64,000 nucleotides of DNA from a virus. Its lineage: Duplodnaviria > Heunggongvirae > Uroviricota > Caudoviricetes. The stretch is taken from IMG/VR virus record IMGVR_UViG_2974569193_000001, positions 108,702 to 172,701 of that record; one strand, given 5' to 3'. Position numbers and translations under genes: made by a program. The notes under the pieces are model-generated. The model was given only the letters and a program-made list of their open reading frames with translations. It did no database searches and was not told the origin of the DNA. This document shows, in pieces, positions 17,828-25,585 of this stretch; positions within the stretch are counted from its first letter, which is position 1, and the number at the start of each line of letters is the position of its first letter.

Positions 17828-18469
17828 CTAGGCGCTCCTAAGAGGCTCGAAAGGCTGGTCGCCGGCGATGTAGAGGGGGTGGCGGGGATGGCCGTCTTTG
17901 GACTTGCCAAGGCACTTGACTTCGACCCCGGTGATTTCGGCTTGCTGGACCGCGCCATAGTCTTGATCCTTGAACTCCCCATGGACACCCCAGCCGGCGA
18001 TGACATCGGCCTTGGCGGTGACAGCGTACTCGAAAGCGTGTTGCAGGAACCGGGCATTGAGCGGCCCGATCGGATCAGGCGCCGCCTTCATGATCGCCGG
18101 CGATTTGGACCGGAAGGCGAAGAGGTTGACGACGATGATCCCACCATAGTCGTCGCGGCGCGCAAAGCCCATGCACCGGCGGATGGTGTTGTCGTCCAGG
18201 CGCGCGGTGGCGGTGGACGGGTTGAGCATCATGAAGATCAGGAGCGGCTTGCTCGGGTCCCAGACCCGCATGAGCATGTAGCGAAAGGTCTCGCACTGCG
18301 AGAGGATCGCGGCCTTGATCACGTCGTTCTCGATCACCACGTCGCCATAGACGCCGGTGATCTCCGGATCGTCGATCGACAGTTCAGCGGTCCCGTCCTC
18401 CAGGACCCGCAGGAAGTCGCCCCAGGAGGGCGCGTTCAGTTGTGCGGTGATCGTCGTCATTCCTGACAT
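17828..18469 (-). CDS. DUF1643 family protein
   Basis: LIFMMLNPSTA signature of DUF1643. Start placed at MSGMTTITAQL, directly downstream of an AAGCGTTGACAAAGCC promoter, possibly leaderless. Confidence 0.65.
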   Translation of the reverse strand: MSGMTTITAQLNAPSWGDFLRVLEDGTAELSIDDPEITGVYGDVVIENDVIKAAILSQCETFRYMLMRVWDPSKPLLIFMMLNPSTATARLDDNTIRRCMGFARRDDYGGIIVVNLFAFRSKSPAIMKAAPDPIGPLNARFLQHAFEYAVTAKADVIAGWGVHGEFKDQDYGAVQQAEITGVEVKCLGKSKDGHPRHPLYIAGDQPFEPLRSA

Positions 18470-18500
18470 TTGCCCCGAGAAGGTTGGCTTTGTCAACGCT
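18470..18500 (-). promoter_or_regulatory. second-class promoter AAGCGTTGACAAAGCC, possibly leaderless, for the DUF1643 gene
   Basis: Minus strand: AAGCGTTGACAAAGCC, 17 bp, then GCAAAT followed directly by ATG-TCA-GGA-ATG. Confidence 0.45.
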
Positions 18501-18508
18501 TGGAATCA

Positions 18509-18540
18509 AAAGGGCCGCCCCGCAGGACGGCCCTTTCTCG
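18509..18540 (-). terminator. rho-independent terminator (minus strand)
   Basis: Plus strand reads AAAAGGGCCG-ccccgcagga-CGGCCCTTTCTCG. On the minus strand the 8-bp stem is followed by TTTTGATT. Lies after gene 18756..19013. Confidence 0.55.
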
Positions 18541-18755
18541 ACCTTACCAGACTTCGCCGAACTTGCACGTCCTAGGACGTCGACCGCCTCGGAGTCTGGT
18601 CTTGTAGCGCCTCAAACGCTTGCCCCGCGCGCCGCTCTAAGGAGACTAGGAGATCGTTGCGCTGGTCTAATGGGCGGCAGGTGATCGCTGGCGGTCTTTC
18701 CGTGTAGGGCCTCCTACCTCTTGCGGTTCTGTTCTAGGATCGCCGGCCTAGGCCG

Positions 18756-19013
18756 TCAATCCTCAAGCAGGGCCTTTTGAGCCAGGGCGCGATTGTACTC
18801 CAGGAGCTTGCGAAGAGCCTTGCGGTCGCCGTCAGCCATGGCGTAGAGCCGCACCACGTCATCGTAGTCGAATTCGTTGACGAGGTCGCGCAGGTCCTGG
18901 TCCATCTTGTCGATGGTCCGAAACAGGCGCTCGCGATATTGGCGCTGCTCCTGCCGGCGGCGACGGCCGGCGAGAACACCGATCCGCTGCCGCACGCGGC
19001 GATGACGCAGCAT
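18756..19013 (-). CDS. hypothetical small protein
   Basis: C-terminal 85 aa of ORF 18756..19232 (MLRHRRVRQRIGVL...EYNRALAQKALLED). Start overlaps the upstream TGA as TGATG. The R/G-rich upstream part is rejected. Confidence 0.35.
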   Translation of the reverse strand: MLRHRRVRQRIGVLAGRRRRQEQRQYRERLFRTIDKMDQDLRDLVNEFDYDDVVRLYAMADGDRKALRKLLEYNRALAQKALLED

Positions 19014-19525
19014 CAGAGCGTCTTGGGCGCGTGCCAGTCCTCGCGGTCGTCGGCATAGAGCACCGACGCCAGCGGACCGGTCCCGATGTCGCACTTGGCG
19101 GCGATCTCCACCGCCTGGGCGGCCGTGGCGCCCATGTGCAGCGCCCCCAGAGCCGACCACGTGCCCGAGCCGAAGGCGTAGAAGGGCGCACGCATCACAT
19201 AGGCCGGCGCGCCGCTCTCGAACCGCAGGCATGTGCCATCCGGGAGGATGACATAGCCGTTGGTCTCCTTGTCGGGCTTCTCAGGGCGGCCCATGTCGCA
19301 GTACGCGCCCTTGCCGCCGTCCGCCAGCCACTCGTCGAATTGCTCGGACTTGACCCAGTCGAGGAAGATTTGGACGTAGGACGACTCGCCCGCCGCGCCG
19401 AAGAGCAGCGTGCCGCCCGGTCCGGTGCGCTTGCCGATCTTGGGGACGTCCCCGCAGGGGGTCCACAGGTCCAGAACCCGCGCGTCGGCGGCCAGGGCGC
19501 CGTCTCGATAGACGATACACGTCAT
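19013..19525 (-). CDS. HslV / 20S proteasome beta-subunit-like Ntn-hydrolase peptidase
   Basis: 170 aa. Thr at position 2 (MTCIVYRDGALAAD) would become an N-terminal nucleophile after Met removal. FGSGTWSALGA...AVEIAAKCDIGTG resembles the HslV GSGG..A.GAA..AL and D..G segments. SD AGGAG. Confidence 0.6.
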   Translation of the reverse strand: MTCIVYRDGALAADARVLDLWTPCGDVPKIGKRTGPGGTLLFGAAGESSYVQIFLDWVKSEQFDEWLADGGKGAYCDMGRPEKPDKETNGYVILPDGTCLRFESGAPAYVMRAPFYAFGSGTWSALGALHMGATAAQAVEIAAKCDIGTGPLASVLYADDREDWHAPKTL

Positions 19526-19556
19526 ACGTCCAAACTCCTACTGATATCTTCTAGGT

Positions 19557-20246
19557 TTAGCGCGGAGCGCGGGGCAGACGCGCGGCGGCCGGGTTCTTCA
19601 GCGAGCCGGTAGTCGGCCCGGCTTGGCGTGCGCCGGCCTCCGGCTTGAAGCCCTCGGGGAGCAGCGGCGTGCGGGACTTGCCCGAGGCGGCCGACCGTTC
19701 CTTGACGAGATCGTCGCCGCCTTCGCTTTGGACCTTGGCGTCCGAGATCAACTTGTCCTTGCGCTTGGAGGGCGCGACGTTGTTGGACTGGAGGGTGCCG
19801 TCCGACCCGGCCGCGATCTGCCGCGTCGTCAGATCAACGACAGCGTTGACCAGCGCGGACAGCATCGCCTTCTCGGCGCTGACGGAGGCGGTGGTCGAGG
19901 CACCCGTGAAGCCGGTCCCGTCGCCTTTGGCCTTGCCGCTGACGCGCACGGTGATCAGCTTGCTCTTCTTGTTCTTCAGGAAGCCCGAGGCCTCTTCGCG
20001 CGACGAGACGTCGACCCGTGCGCCCGGCGCGATTTGCTCCAGCAGCCCCAGGGCCGCGTGGTAGCTGCTGGTGAAGTTGAGCGCGCCCTTGTAGCCGCTC
20101 GGGGCGGAGATTGTCTTATCGATCGTCTGATCGATGACCGTGGTGGCCAGATAGGTGGGCTCAGGGTCGCGCAGGTAGACGTCGACCTGCTCCTTGACGG
20201 CCCGCAGGCGGTTGATGTCGAGAGTGAGGGCGCGCGTGGCGACCAT
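19557..20246 (-). CDS. hypothetical protein
   Basis: 229 aa; S/T/G-rich central region. The antisense ORF 19623..20852 is an artefact. Confidence 0.5.
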   Translation of the reverse strand: MVATRALTLDINRLRAVKEQVDVYLRDPEPTYLATTVIDQTIDKTISAPSGYKGALNFTSSYHAALGLLEQIAPGARVDVSSREEASGFLKNKKSKLITVRVSGKAKGDGTGFTGASTTASVSAEKAMLSALVNAVVDLTTRQIAAGSDGTLQSNNVAPSKRKDKLISDAKVQSEGGDDLVKERSAASGKSRTPLLPEGFKPEAGARQAGPTTGSLKNPAAARLPRAPR

Positions 20247-20255
20247 GGTGTGCTC

Positions 20256-20807
20256 CTATTGCTGCTCGTCGATCGCCTGGGCGACCTGGGTGTTGCCGTA
20301 GCGGTAGTTGTTCCAATGGTCGCTCGTGGCGTAGCGACCCTTGCGCTTGAGGCTGACCTCGACTTCCGGCGAGACCAAGCCCATCTTCTCTCCGGCCGCG
20401 ATGAGGTCGAAGAACGCCTGCTGCCAGGGCGGCGGCATTTCCTGGATGGACATGCGAGGCAGGGTAAACCACGCCGCACGCCCCAGCCCGAAGAAACTAT
20501 CGACCGGCGCGTAGGGCATGGTCATCTCCCCGGCATAGTGGACGACCCGCCCGTCGCTCTCCTTGACCGAGTGCGTGTACGCGGCAATCCTGGCGCGCTC
20601 GTAGGCCTCGTCGTCCGCCTGCCGGATAAGCAGGGCGCGGATGTCCTCGGGACAGCCGTGGAAGAACGCCTCGTCCTTGGGCGTCAGGCAGTCGGCCAGG
20701 GCCGCCTTGAGCGCGCTGCGCATCTCGTCGAGCGCCTGGGCCGCGTCCTCATCCCGGTCGGGATGGAAGTCGTCGGCGATCTCAGCGATGCGGTCACGCA
20801 GGTTCAT
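20256..20807 (-). CDS. hypothetical protein
   Basis: 183 aa, clean ORF. Confidence 0.5.
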   Translation of the reverse strand: MNLRDRIAEIADDFHPDRDEDAAQALDEMRSALKAALADCLTPKDEAFFHGCPEDIRALLIRQADDEAYERARIAAYTHSVKESDGRVVHYAGEMTMPYAPVDSFFGLGRAAWFTLPRMSIQEMPPPWQQAFFDLIAAGEKMGLVSPEVEVSLKRKGRYATSDHWNNYRYGNTQVAQAIDEQQ

Positions 20808-21265
20808 TGGCAGACCTTCACGGGGTCGACGGCCGCGACCGGCGACATGTAGGTGTCGGGGTCCCAGGCGCCAGGAACGTTACCGCCCGAGATGTACTGG
20901 TAGTCCGGCGAGGGCGGGGTCATCGAGCCGCCATTGCTGGCGACCTTGCCCGGATTGGGGTAGAGCGACAGCCACAGGCGCCCGTCGGCCCCACGCAGGA
21001 CATATTGCCCGCTCTGGCGGCAGACCTTGGCGATCTGCATCCGCCACGCGTAGTTGAGCTTCTTCTTGCGCGCGGCCTCGTCGCGCAGCCACTGCTCATG
21101 ACCCATCCGCGCCCAGCGGGCCTTCTTGGCGACGAGTTCCTTGTGCTCCGGCGACCAGCGGAGGTGATCCTCCTCGTCGAGCGACACCACGGCCGCCGTC
21201 ATCCCAAGGATGACGACGACCGCTATGGTCGTGAGCCAGAACAGCGGATCGGTCAGGCGCTTCAT
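20804..21265 (-). CDS. membrane-anchored hypothetical protein
   Basis: Start at MKRLTDPLFWLTTIAVVVILGMTAAVV (N-terminal transmembrane segment). ATGA overlap with the upstream gene. Confidence 0.5.
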   Translation of the reverse strand: MKRLTDPLFWLTTIAVVVILGMTAAVVSLDEEDHLRWSPEHKELVAKKARWARMGHEQWLRDEAARKKKLNYAWRMQIAKVCRQSGQYVLRGADGRLWLSLYPNPGKVASNGGSMTPPSPDYQYISGGNVPGAWDPDTYMSPVAAVDPVKVCQ

Positions 21266-21507
21266 CAGGCGACGATGTCCTTGAAGGTGTCGCGGGCGTG
21301 GTCGGTGACCAACCAGACGCCCTCCTGGGTGTGGATCGGCATCAGCCAACCGGCGCGTTCGGCGAAGTCCAGGTTGCCGCAGAGTTGCCAGCCGCCGCCA
21401 GTATGGGCGTAGGTCGTCTGACCCTCGCCCACAAGGCCCTTGACGAGTTCGAAAGCGTGGGCGGCGTCATCGGCCACCAGGGCGGTGGCGGGGCGTTGAT
21501 AGCTCAT
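21265..21507 (-). CDS. hypothetical protein
   Basis: 80 aa; strong SD GAAGGAG. Confidence 0.5.
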   Translation of the reverse strand: MSYQRPATALVADDAAHAFELVKGLVGEGQTTYAHTGGGWQLCGNLDFAERAGWLMPIHTQEGVWLVTDHARDTFKDIVA

Positions 21508-21518
21508 GATCTTCTCCT

Positions 21519-22949
21519 TCAGGCGATCTCATAGCCAGCGGCGACGCGCTCGCGGATTTGGTCCAGCGTCGTCGGCTCCAGCACCTTGCCGGTGTTGAAG
21601 ACCTCGTCCAGCAGATCGTGCTCGACGACGTCGCCCTCGTGGACCGTGATGGTCTCGAAGCCGCCGGCCTCGTTGGTCACCAGGGCCAGCTTGCCCTTCT
21701 TGGAGACCTTGCCCGGATCGGTGATGGGGTCCTTGAAGATGTCGACCCACTCGCCGTTGATCTCTTGGGCCGACGACTTCATCGCCCACTTGTTGGTGTC
21801 GCGGTCCAGGTCGCCCGTCGCCAGACCACCGCCGGCCGCCGTCATGATGCTGTCGGGCGCGATGCCCAGGTCGCGACCCAGATAGAACGGGTCCATGTGG
21901 GTGTGCTCGTTCATGCCGTCGCCCTGGAGGACCTTGGCGTTCAGGTTGAGCACGTCCAGACCCTTGCTGTTGCGTTGGGTCCCGAAGCCGTCGGCCATGA
22001 TCTTGAGCACCGGCGGGATGACCTCGCCCAGCTTGCCGCTATCGGGACGGCAGACGATCGTGATGTTCTTGTTGGCGATCAGGTCCTTGAACTTCACCAG
22101 CTTGCGGGTGAACTCGAAGATGTTCCAGGTGTCGCCGACCAGCGAGACGATCGAACCAGCCGGCGCCCGGTTCAGGCAGTGCTCGATGTATTCGTCGTCG
22201 TTGTCGCGCCCGAACGAGCAGGAGATCGAGTGCTCGGTGGCCAGCACCGAGTAGGCCGACATCTCGCTGAAGTAGTTGATGTTCGCCGCGCGCACGGCCG
22301 GGACGTTGTCCGAGCCCTGGAAGTGGTAGAGGTGCGCGATGCCGGCCAGGACCGAGTGATCATAGCCCATGGTGCCGCGCGAGGAGAAGTCCAGGAAAGC
22401 GAACGGCGACATCGGCGTGTCGCTGGTGAGGTCCCAGAAGCTCTTGATCCGCGACGCGATGTTGTTGACGCGCGCGGCGATCGTCGAGGCCGTCCAGACG
22501 TCGCGCAGGATCATGGTCTCGAAGTACGAGGTCAGCCAGGGCAGGCGCGGGTCGAGGTTCTCGACGCTGATCAGGGCGTTCTTGACCGGGATCATCATGC
22601 CCTCGGGCACGGCCTTGATGCGCAGCGGCAGGTAGCCGCCGTACTCGTTCAGGATGATCTCCCAGCCGTCGCGGTTGAACGGCAGGCCGTGGGCCGGCAC
22701 GAACACGGCCATCTCGTCGATGTCGGCGCGGGTGATCGGCTTGCAGAGCTTCTGGAAGAGCAGGCGCTGGAACGCGGCCAGCATCACCTTGGGGTAACGC
22801 CCGCCCCGGCTCTCGATGTAGCTGTAGACGGTGGTGCAGCCGTCGCGATAGAGCACCCAGTGCCCCAGCTTGTAGCTGTCGGTGTCGGCGATCAGGTTGT
22901 AGGTCTCGACGGGAGCGACCCCGTCCCATTTGGCGATGTCGAAGGCCAT
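21519..22949 (-). CDS. nadV: nicotinamide phosphoribosyltransferase (NAMPT/NadV)
   Basis: 476 aa. N-terminal DTDSYKLGHW (NAPRTase-family DSYK..H signature) and overall NAMPT-like length. Antisense ORFs 21558..22970 are artefacts. Confidence 0.85.
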   Translation of the reverse strand: MAFDIAKWDGVAPVETYNLIADTDSYKLGHWVLYRDGCTTVYSYIESRGGRYPKVMLAAFQRLLFQKLCKPITRADIDEMAVFVPAHGLPFNRDGWEIILNEYGGYLPLRIKAVPEGMMIPVKNALISVENLDPRLPWLTSYFETMILRDVWTASTIAARVNNIASRIKSFWDLTSDTPMSPFAFLDFSSRGTMGYDHSVLAGIAHLYHFQGSDNVPAVRAANINYFSEMSAYSVLATEHSISCSFGRDNDDEYIEHCLNRAPAGSIVSLVGDTWNIFEFTRKLVKFKDLIANKNITIVCRPDSGKLGEVIPPVLKIMADGFGTQRNSKGLDVLNLNAKVLQGDGMNEHTHMDPFYLGRDLGIAPDSIMTAAGGGLATGDLDRDTNKWAMKSSAQEINGEWVDIFKDPITDPGKVSKKGKLALVTNEAGGFETITVHEGDVVEHDLLDEVFNTGKVLEPTTLDQIRERVAAGYEIA

Positions 22950-22959
22950 GATGTCCCCT

Positions 22960-24183
22960 TTATGCGTTGAGGCTGAGCATGCGGTCCACGATGAAGGCGT
23001 GGTCCTCGAAGGTGTTGGACGGGTCGATCTCGGAGATCGGGTCCCAGTCGGCGGCGGCGGCGTCGTCGTGCCCCTTGACCACCGGCAGGCTCAGGCCCAG
23101 CGCCGGCGGCGGGATGAGGAAGTGGAAAGCGGTCGAGATGATGTGGGCGCGCCGCGAGCGGTGCGGATCGTCAAAGACCTGGGGCTCGCCGACCAGGAAG
23201 CGGCGAAGCTCCTCCATGGCCTTGACCACGTAGCCCGGCGCGGCCGGCGGGCGCAGGCCCAGCTTCTCGGCCTGCTTGCAGGCGGCGAGCCAGTGGACGA
23301 AGTTGGGATAGTCCCGCTCGGAAATGAACAGCGCGGTCTCTTCGATGATCTCGCGCAGGCAGTTGGCCAGCAGCGAGGAGCCGGCGTTGACGAAGCCGCC
23401 GGGCAGGGCCTTCATGCCCAGCCCCTCGGCGCCGCCGCGCTCGATCCGCAGAACGTGACCGGCGCACTCGACCACGCCGTCGACGGCCAGGAACGGACCC
23501 GGCCCCCAGCGTTCGCGGTAGGCGTCCTCGGCCTTCTTCTGGTCGAGCAGGTAGGCGTAGACCTTCTTGTCGCGGAACCGCTCCAGGAAGTCGATGGTGC
23601 TCGGATAGAGCAGATCGGTCCAGGCATGGCCCCGGTCGCTCCAGGCGGTGTCGCGGAAGTTGACCCCGCCGGCGAAGTAGGCTTGACGCAGAGCCGTGGC
23701 GTTGACGCCGTTGTCCTCGACCGGGGTATAGGGCCATTGCGGGAACCAAGTCAGGTATTCGCTGGTGGCGTCGCGGACGTTGCCGATCAGGGTGACGCGC
23801 GGGCGCAGCACCTTGGTGGCGTTCTTGACGTGCTGCTGGACCTGGGCGATCCACTCGTTCTTGCCATAGGGGCCGGTGTCGTTGAGCGCGATCACCTCGG
23901 TGTTCGACAGGTGATGCAGGATGCGCTCGCCGGTGATCTCGACATCGCTATCTTCGACCTCCTCGCGGGCCAGATCGCTGAGCCCGTTGAGGATCATCTC
24001 CTTGCGTTCCTCGAACACGAAGGGATTGCGCGTGTCGCGGGCGAGGTTGGCCGAGCCGATGAACCAGAGGACCTTGCGGGCCTTCTTGCGCGCCGCCTGA
24101 TACAGGCGGAAGTGGCCGAGCTTGGTCGGCATTTGCGCCCGCGTGATCAGCACCGCGATGTCGTACTCGAAATCCACCATCAC
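22960..24183 (-). CDS. natV: bifunctional NMN adenylyltransferase / Nudix ADP-ribose pyrophosphatase (NatV/NadM-like)
   Basis: 407 aa. N-terminal nucleotidyltransferase region (VLITRAQMPTKLGHFRLYQ). C-terminal Nudix box GGFVNAGSSLLANCLREIIEETAL. Confidence 0.8.
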   Translation of the reverse strand: MMVDFEYDIAVLITRAQMPTKLGHFRLYQAARKKARKVLWFIGSANLARDTRNPFVFEERKEMILNGLSDLAREEVEDSDVEITGERILHHLSNTEVIALNDTGPYGKNEWIAQVQQHVKNATKVLRPRVTLIGNVRDATSEYLTWFPQWPYTPVEDNGVNATALRQAYFAGGVNFRDTAWSDRGHAWTDLLYPSTIDFLERFRDKKVYAYLLDQKKAEDAYRERWGPGPFLAVDGVVECAGHVLRIERGGAEGLGMKALPGGFVNAGSSLLANCLREIIEETALFISERDYPNFVHWLAACKQAEKLGLRPPAAPGYVVKAMEELRRFLVGEPQVFDDPHRSRRAHIISTAFHFLIPPPALGLSLPVVKGHDDAAAADWDPISEIDPSNTFEDHAFIVDRMLSLNA

Positions 24184-24635
24184 CTCCTAAAGGCCGGGCG
24201 GATGCGCCGGGCCGGCTTGTTCTCGGTCAATTCCCGCCCGCTGAAGGGCGGGAAGGAAAGCTCGCTGATGCCGTTCTGCCGGATGGCGAACTGGCGCTTC
24301 TTGGTGTCGATCCCGTCGAGGTGCGTGCTGCGCCGCCGCTCGATGAGTTCGAGGTCGACGACGTCACCAAACACCTTGCCGTGGAAAATCTGCCGCCGCG
24401 CCCAGGTGATGGCCGAACCCAGGTGCTCGAAGGTCCTGGTCTTCTCGGCCTCCAGGAGGCTGGCGCCGTCATGGAAGGACGGGTCCACCCACGACAGCTT
24501 GATTTCCCGCGCCGGGAGAGACTTGACCAGGACGTTGATGGGCTCGTAGCCGAAACGCTGGGCAAAGTCGCCCACGTCGTAGCTCTCGATGTCCAGCACC
24601 ACCATGGTGATCGGCTTGGTCGTTACGGACGACAC
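24180..24635 (-). CDS. hypothetical protein
   Basis: 151 aa; GTG start directly after an AAGCGTTGACAAAGCC promoter, possibly leaderless. Confidence 0.5.
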   Translation of the reverse strand: MSSVTTKPITMVVLDIESYDVGDFAQRFGYEPINVLVKSLPAREIKLSWVDPSFHDGASLLEAEKTRTFEHLGSAITWARRQIFHGKVFGDVVDLELIERRRSTHLDGIDTKKRQFAIRQNGISELSFPPFSGRELTENKPARRIRPAFRR

Positions 24636-24665
24636 TATCGATTTCCCTCCGGCTTTGTCAACGCT
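24636..24665 (-). promoter_or_regulatory. second-class promoter AAGCGTTGACAAAGCC, possibly leaderless
   Basis: An identical 16-mer AAGCGTTGACAAAGCC, 17 bp, then ATAGTG, where the GTG is the start codon of gene 24180..24635. Confidence 0.45.
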
Positions 24666-25142
24666 TTAACGCAGGAGCTTGAGCGAGGCCGGCGCGTGGT
24701 ACTTGAACGACGACTCGGTGATCGGTCCAATTCCGACGAAGGTCACGGTGGGCTTGTCGAAAACGGTCCGGCCGGCGTCCACGACCAGGGTCGCGCCAGA
24801 GTAATCGCGGAACCGCTCGTAGAGGGCTTCCAGTTCTTCGTTGGTGCCGGTGTGGAGCGCGATCTTCGCCGCCGACTGCGAGTAGCGGTACTGGCGCGCG
24901 GTCTTCGGAAATCGCTCCATGGCGTCCCACCACGCATGCAGATAGGCGTGTCCAGCCTGGGCGGAGAGCTTGCCGATGTTAAGGGACTTGTCCTCCGGCT
25001 TGCGGCTGCGCTTGGCCACGGTCATCGCGTCGAGCGCTTCCTGGCTGACGATGGCGTAGAGTCGCAGTTCCGCCTTGGGCTTGCCGGCGAAGCAGGCCAT
25101 CAGAAGGTCCCAGGCGTGCAGCCAGTTGTCGATGAATTTCAT
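24666..25142 (-). CDS. pth2: peptidyl-tRNA hydrolase, PTH2 family
   Basis: 158 aa. GKLSAQAGHA (Pth2 GKxAAQxxHA) and C-terminal TLVVDAGRTVF...TFVGIGP...LKLL match Pth2. Confidence 0.7.
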   Translation of the reverse strand: MKFIDNWLHAWDLLMACFAGKPKAELRLYAIVSQEALDAMTVAKRSRKPEDKSLNIGKLSAQAGHAYLHAWWDAMERFPKTARQYRYSQSAAKIALHTGTNEELEALYERFRDYSGATLVVDAGRTVFDKPTVTFVGIGPITESSFKYHAPASLKLLR

Positions 25143-25582
25143 GCCCGCAAGGCCCTTTCATAGTGATCCTCCAGCGCGATGGCCGCGTCGAAGGCGATGT
25201 CGATGAGGTCCTCGTTGATGATGACCTCGCAGGAGCGATGGAGGCTGACCATCGCCAGGGATTCGTAGGCCTTGTTGAGGGCGCTCAGCGTCTTGAGGTT
25301 CAGGGCCAGACGATCCAGCAGCTTGACGCCATAGACCTCAGGGCCGAATGGTCCCTTGTGGGTGTAGAGCCGTTTCTTGACCTTCGGGAAGGTCTCCCAG
25401 TCCTTGACGTGCAGGTCGGCCATCAGGTCGGCGGTCTGCTCGATCAGCACCACATAGCGCATCAGCTTGCGCAAGCGCGCCTGGATGTCGTCGGACTTGG
25501 CCGTCGGCGGAGGATCGCGACAATCCTCCGCCTCATAGGCCGCCAGCATCCGCGCTCGATACAGAACGTCGGCGATCGCCAC
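25139..25582 (-). CDS. hypothetical protein
   Basis: 147 aa; ATGA overlap with pth2. Confidence 0.5.
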   Translation of the reverse strand: MAIADVLYRARMLAAYEAEDCRDPPPTAKSDDIQARLRKLMRYVVLIEQTADLMADLHVKDWETFPKVKKRLYTHKGPFGPEVYGVKLLDRLALNLKTLSALNKAYESLAMVSLHRSCEVIINEDLIDIAFDAAIALEDHYERALRA

Positions 25583-25585
25583 CGA

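Noticed and set aside
18600-18755. Possible tRNA or small RNA gene in the 260-bp gap
   Set aside because: No GTTCGANTC T-loop, no acceptor/D/anticodon stem arrangement and no CCA context. Only hairpins and a palindrome are present.
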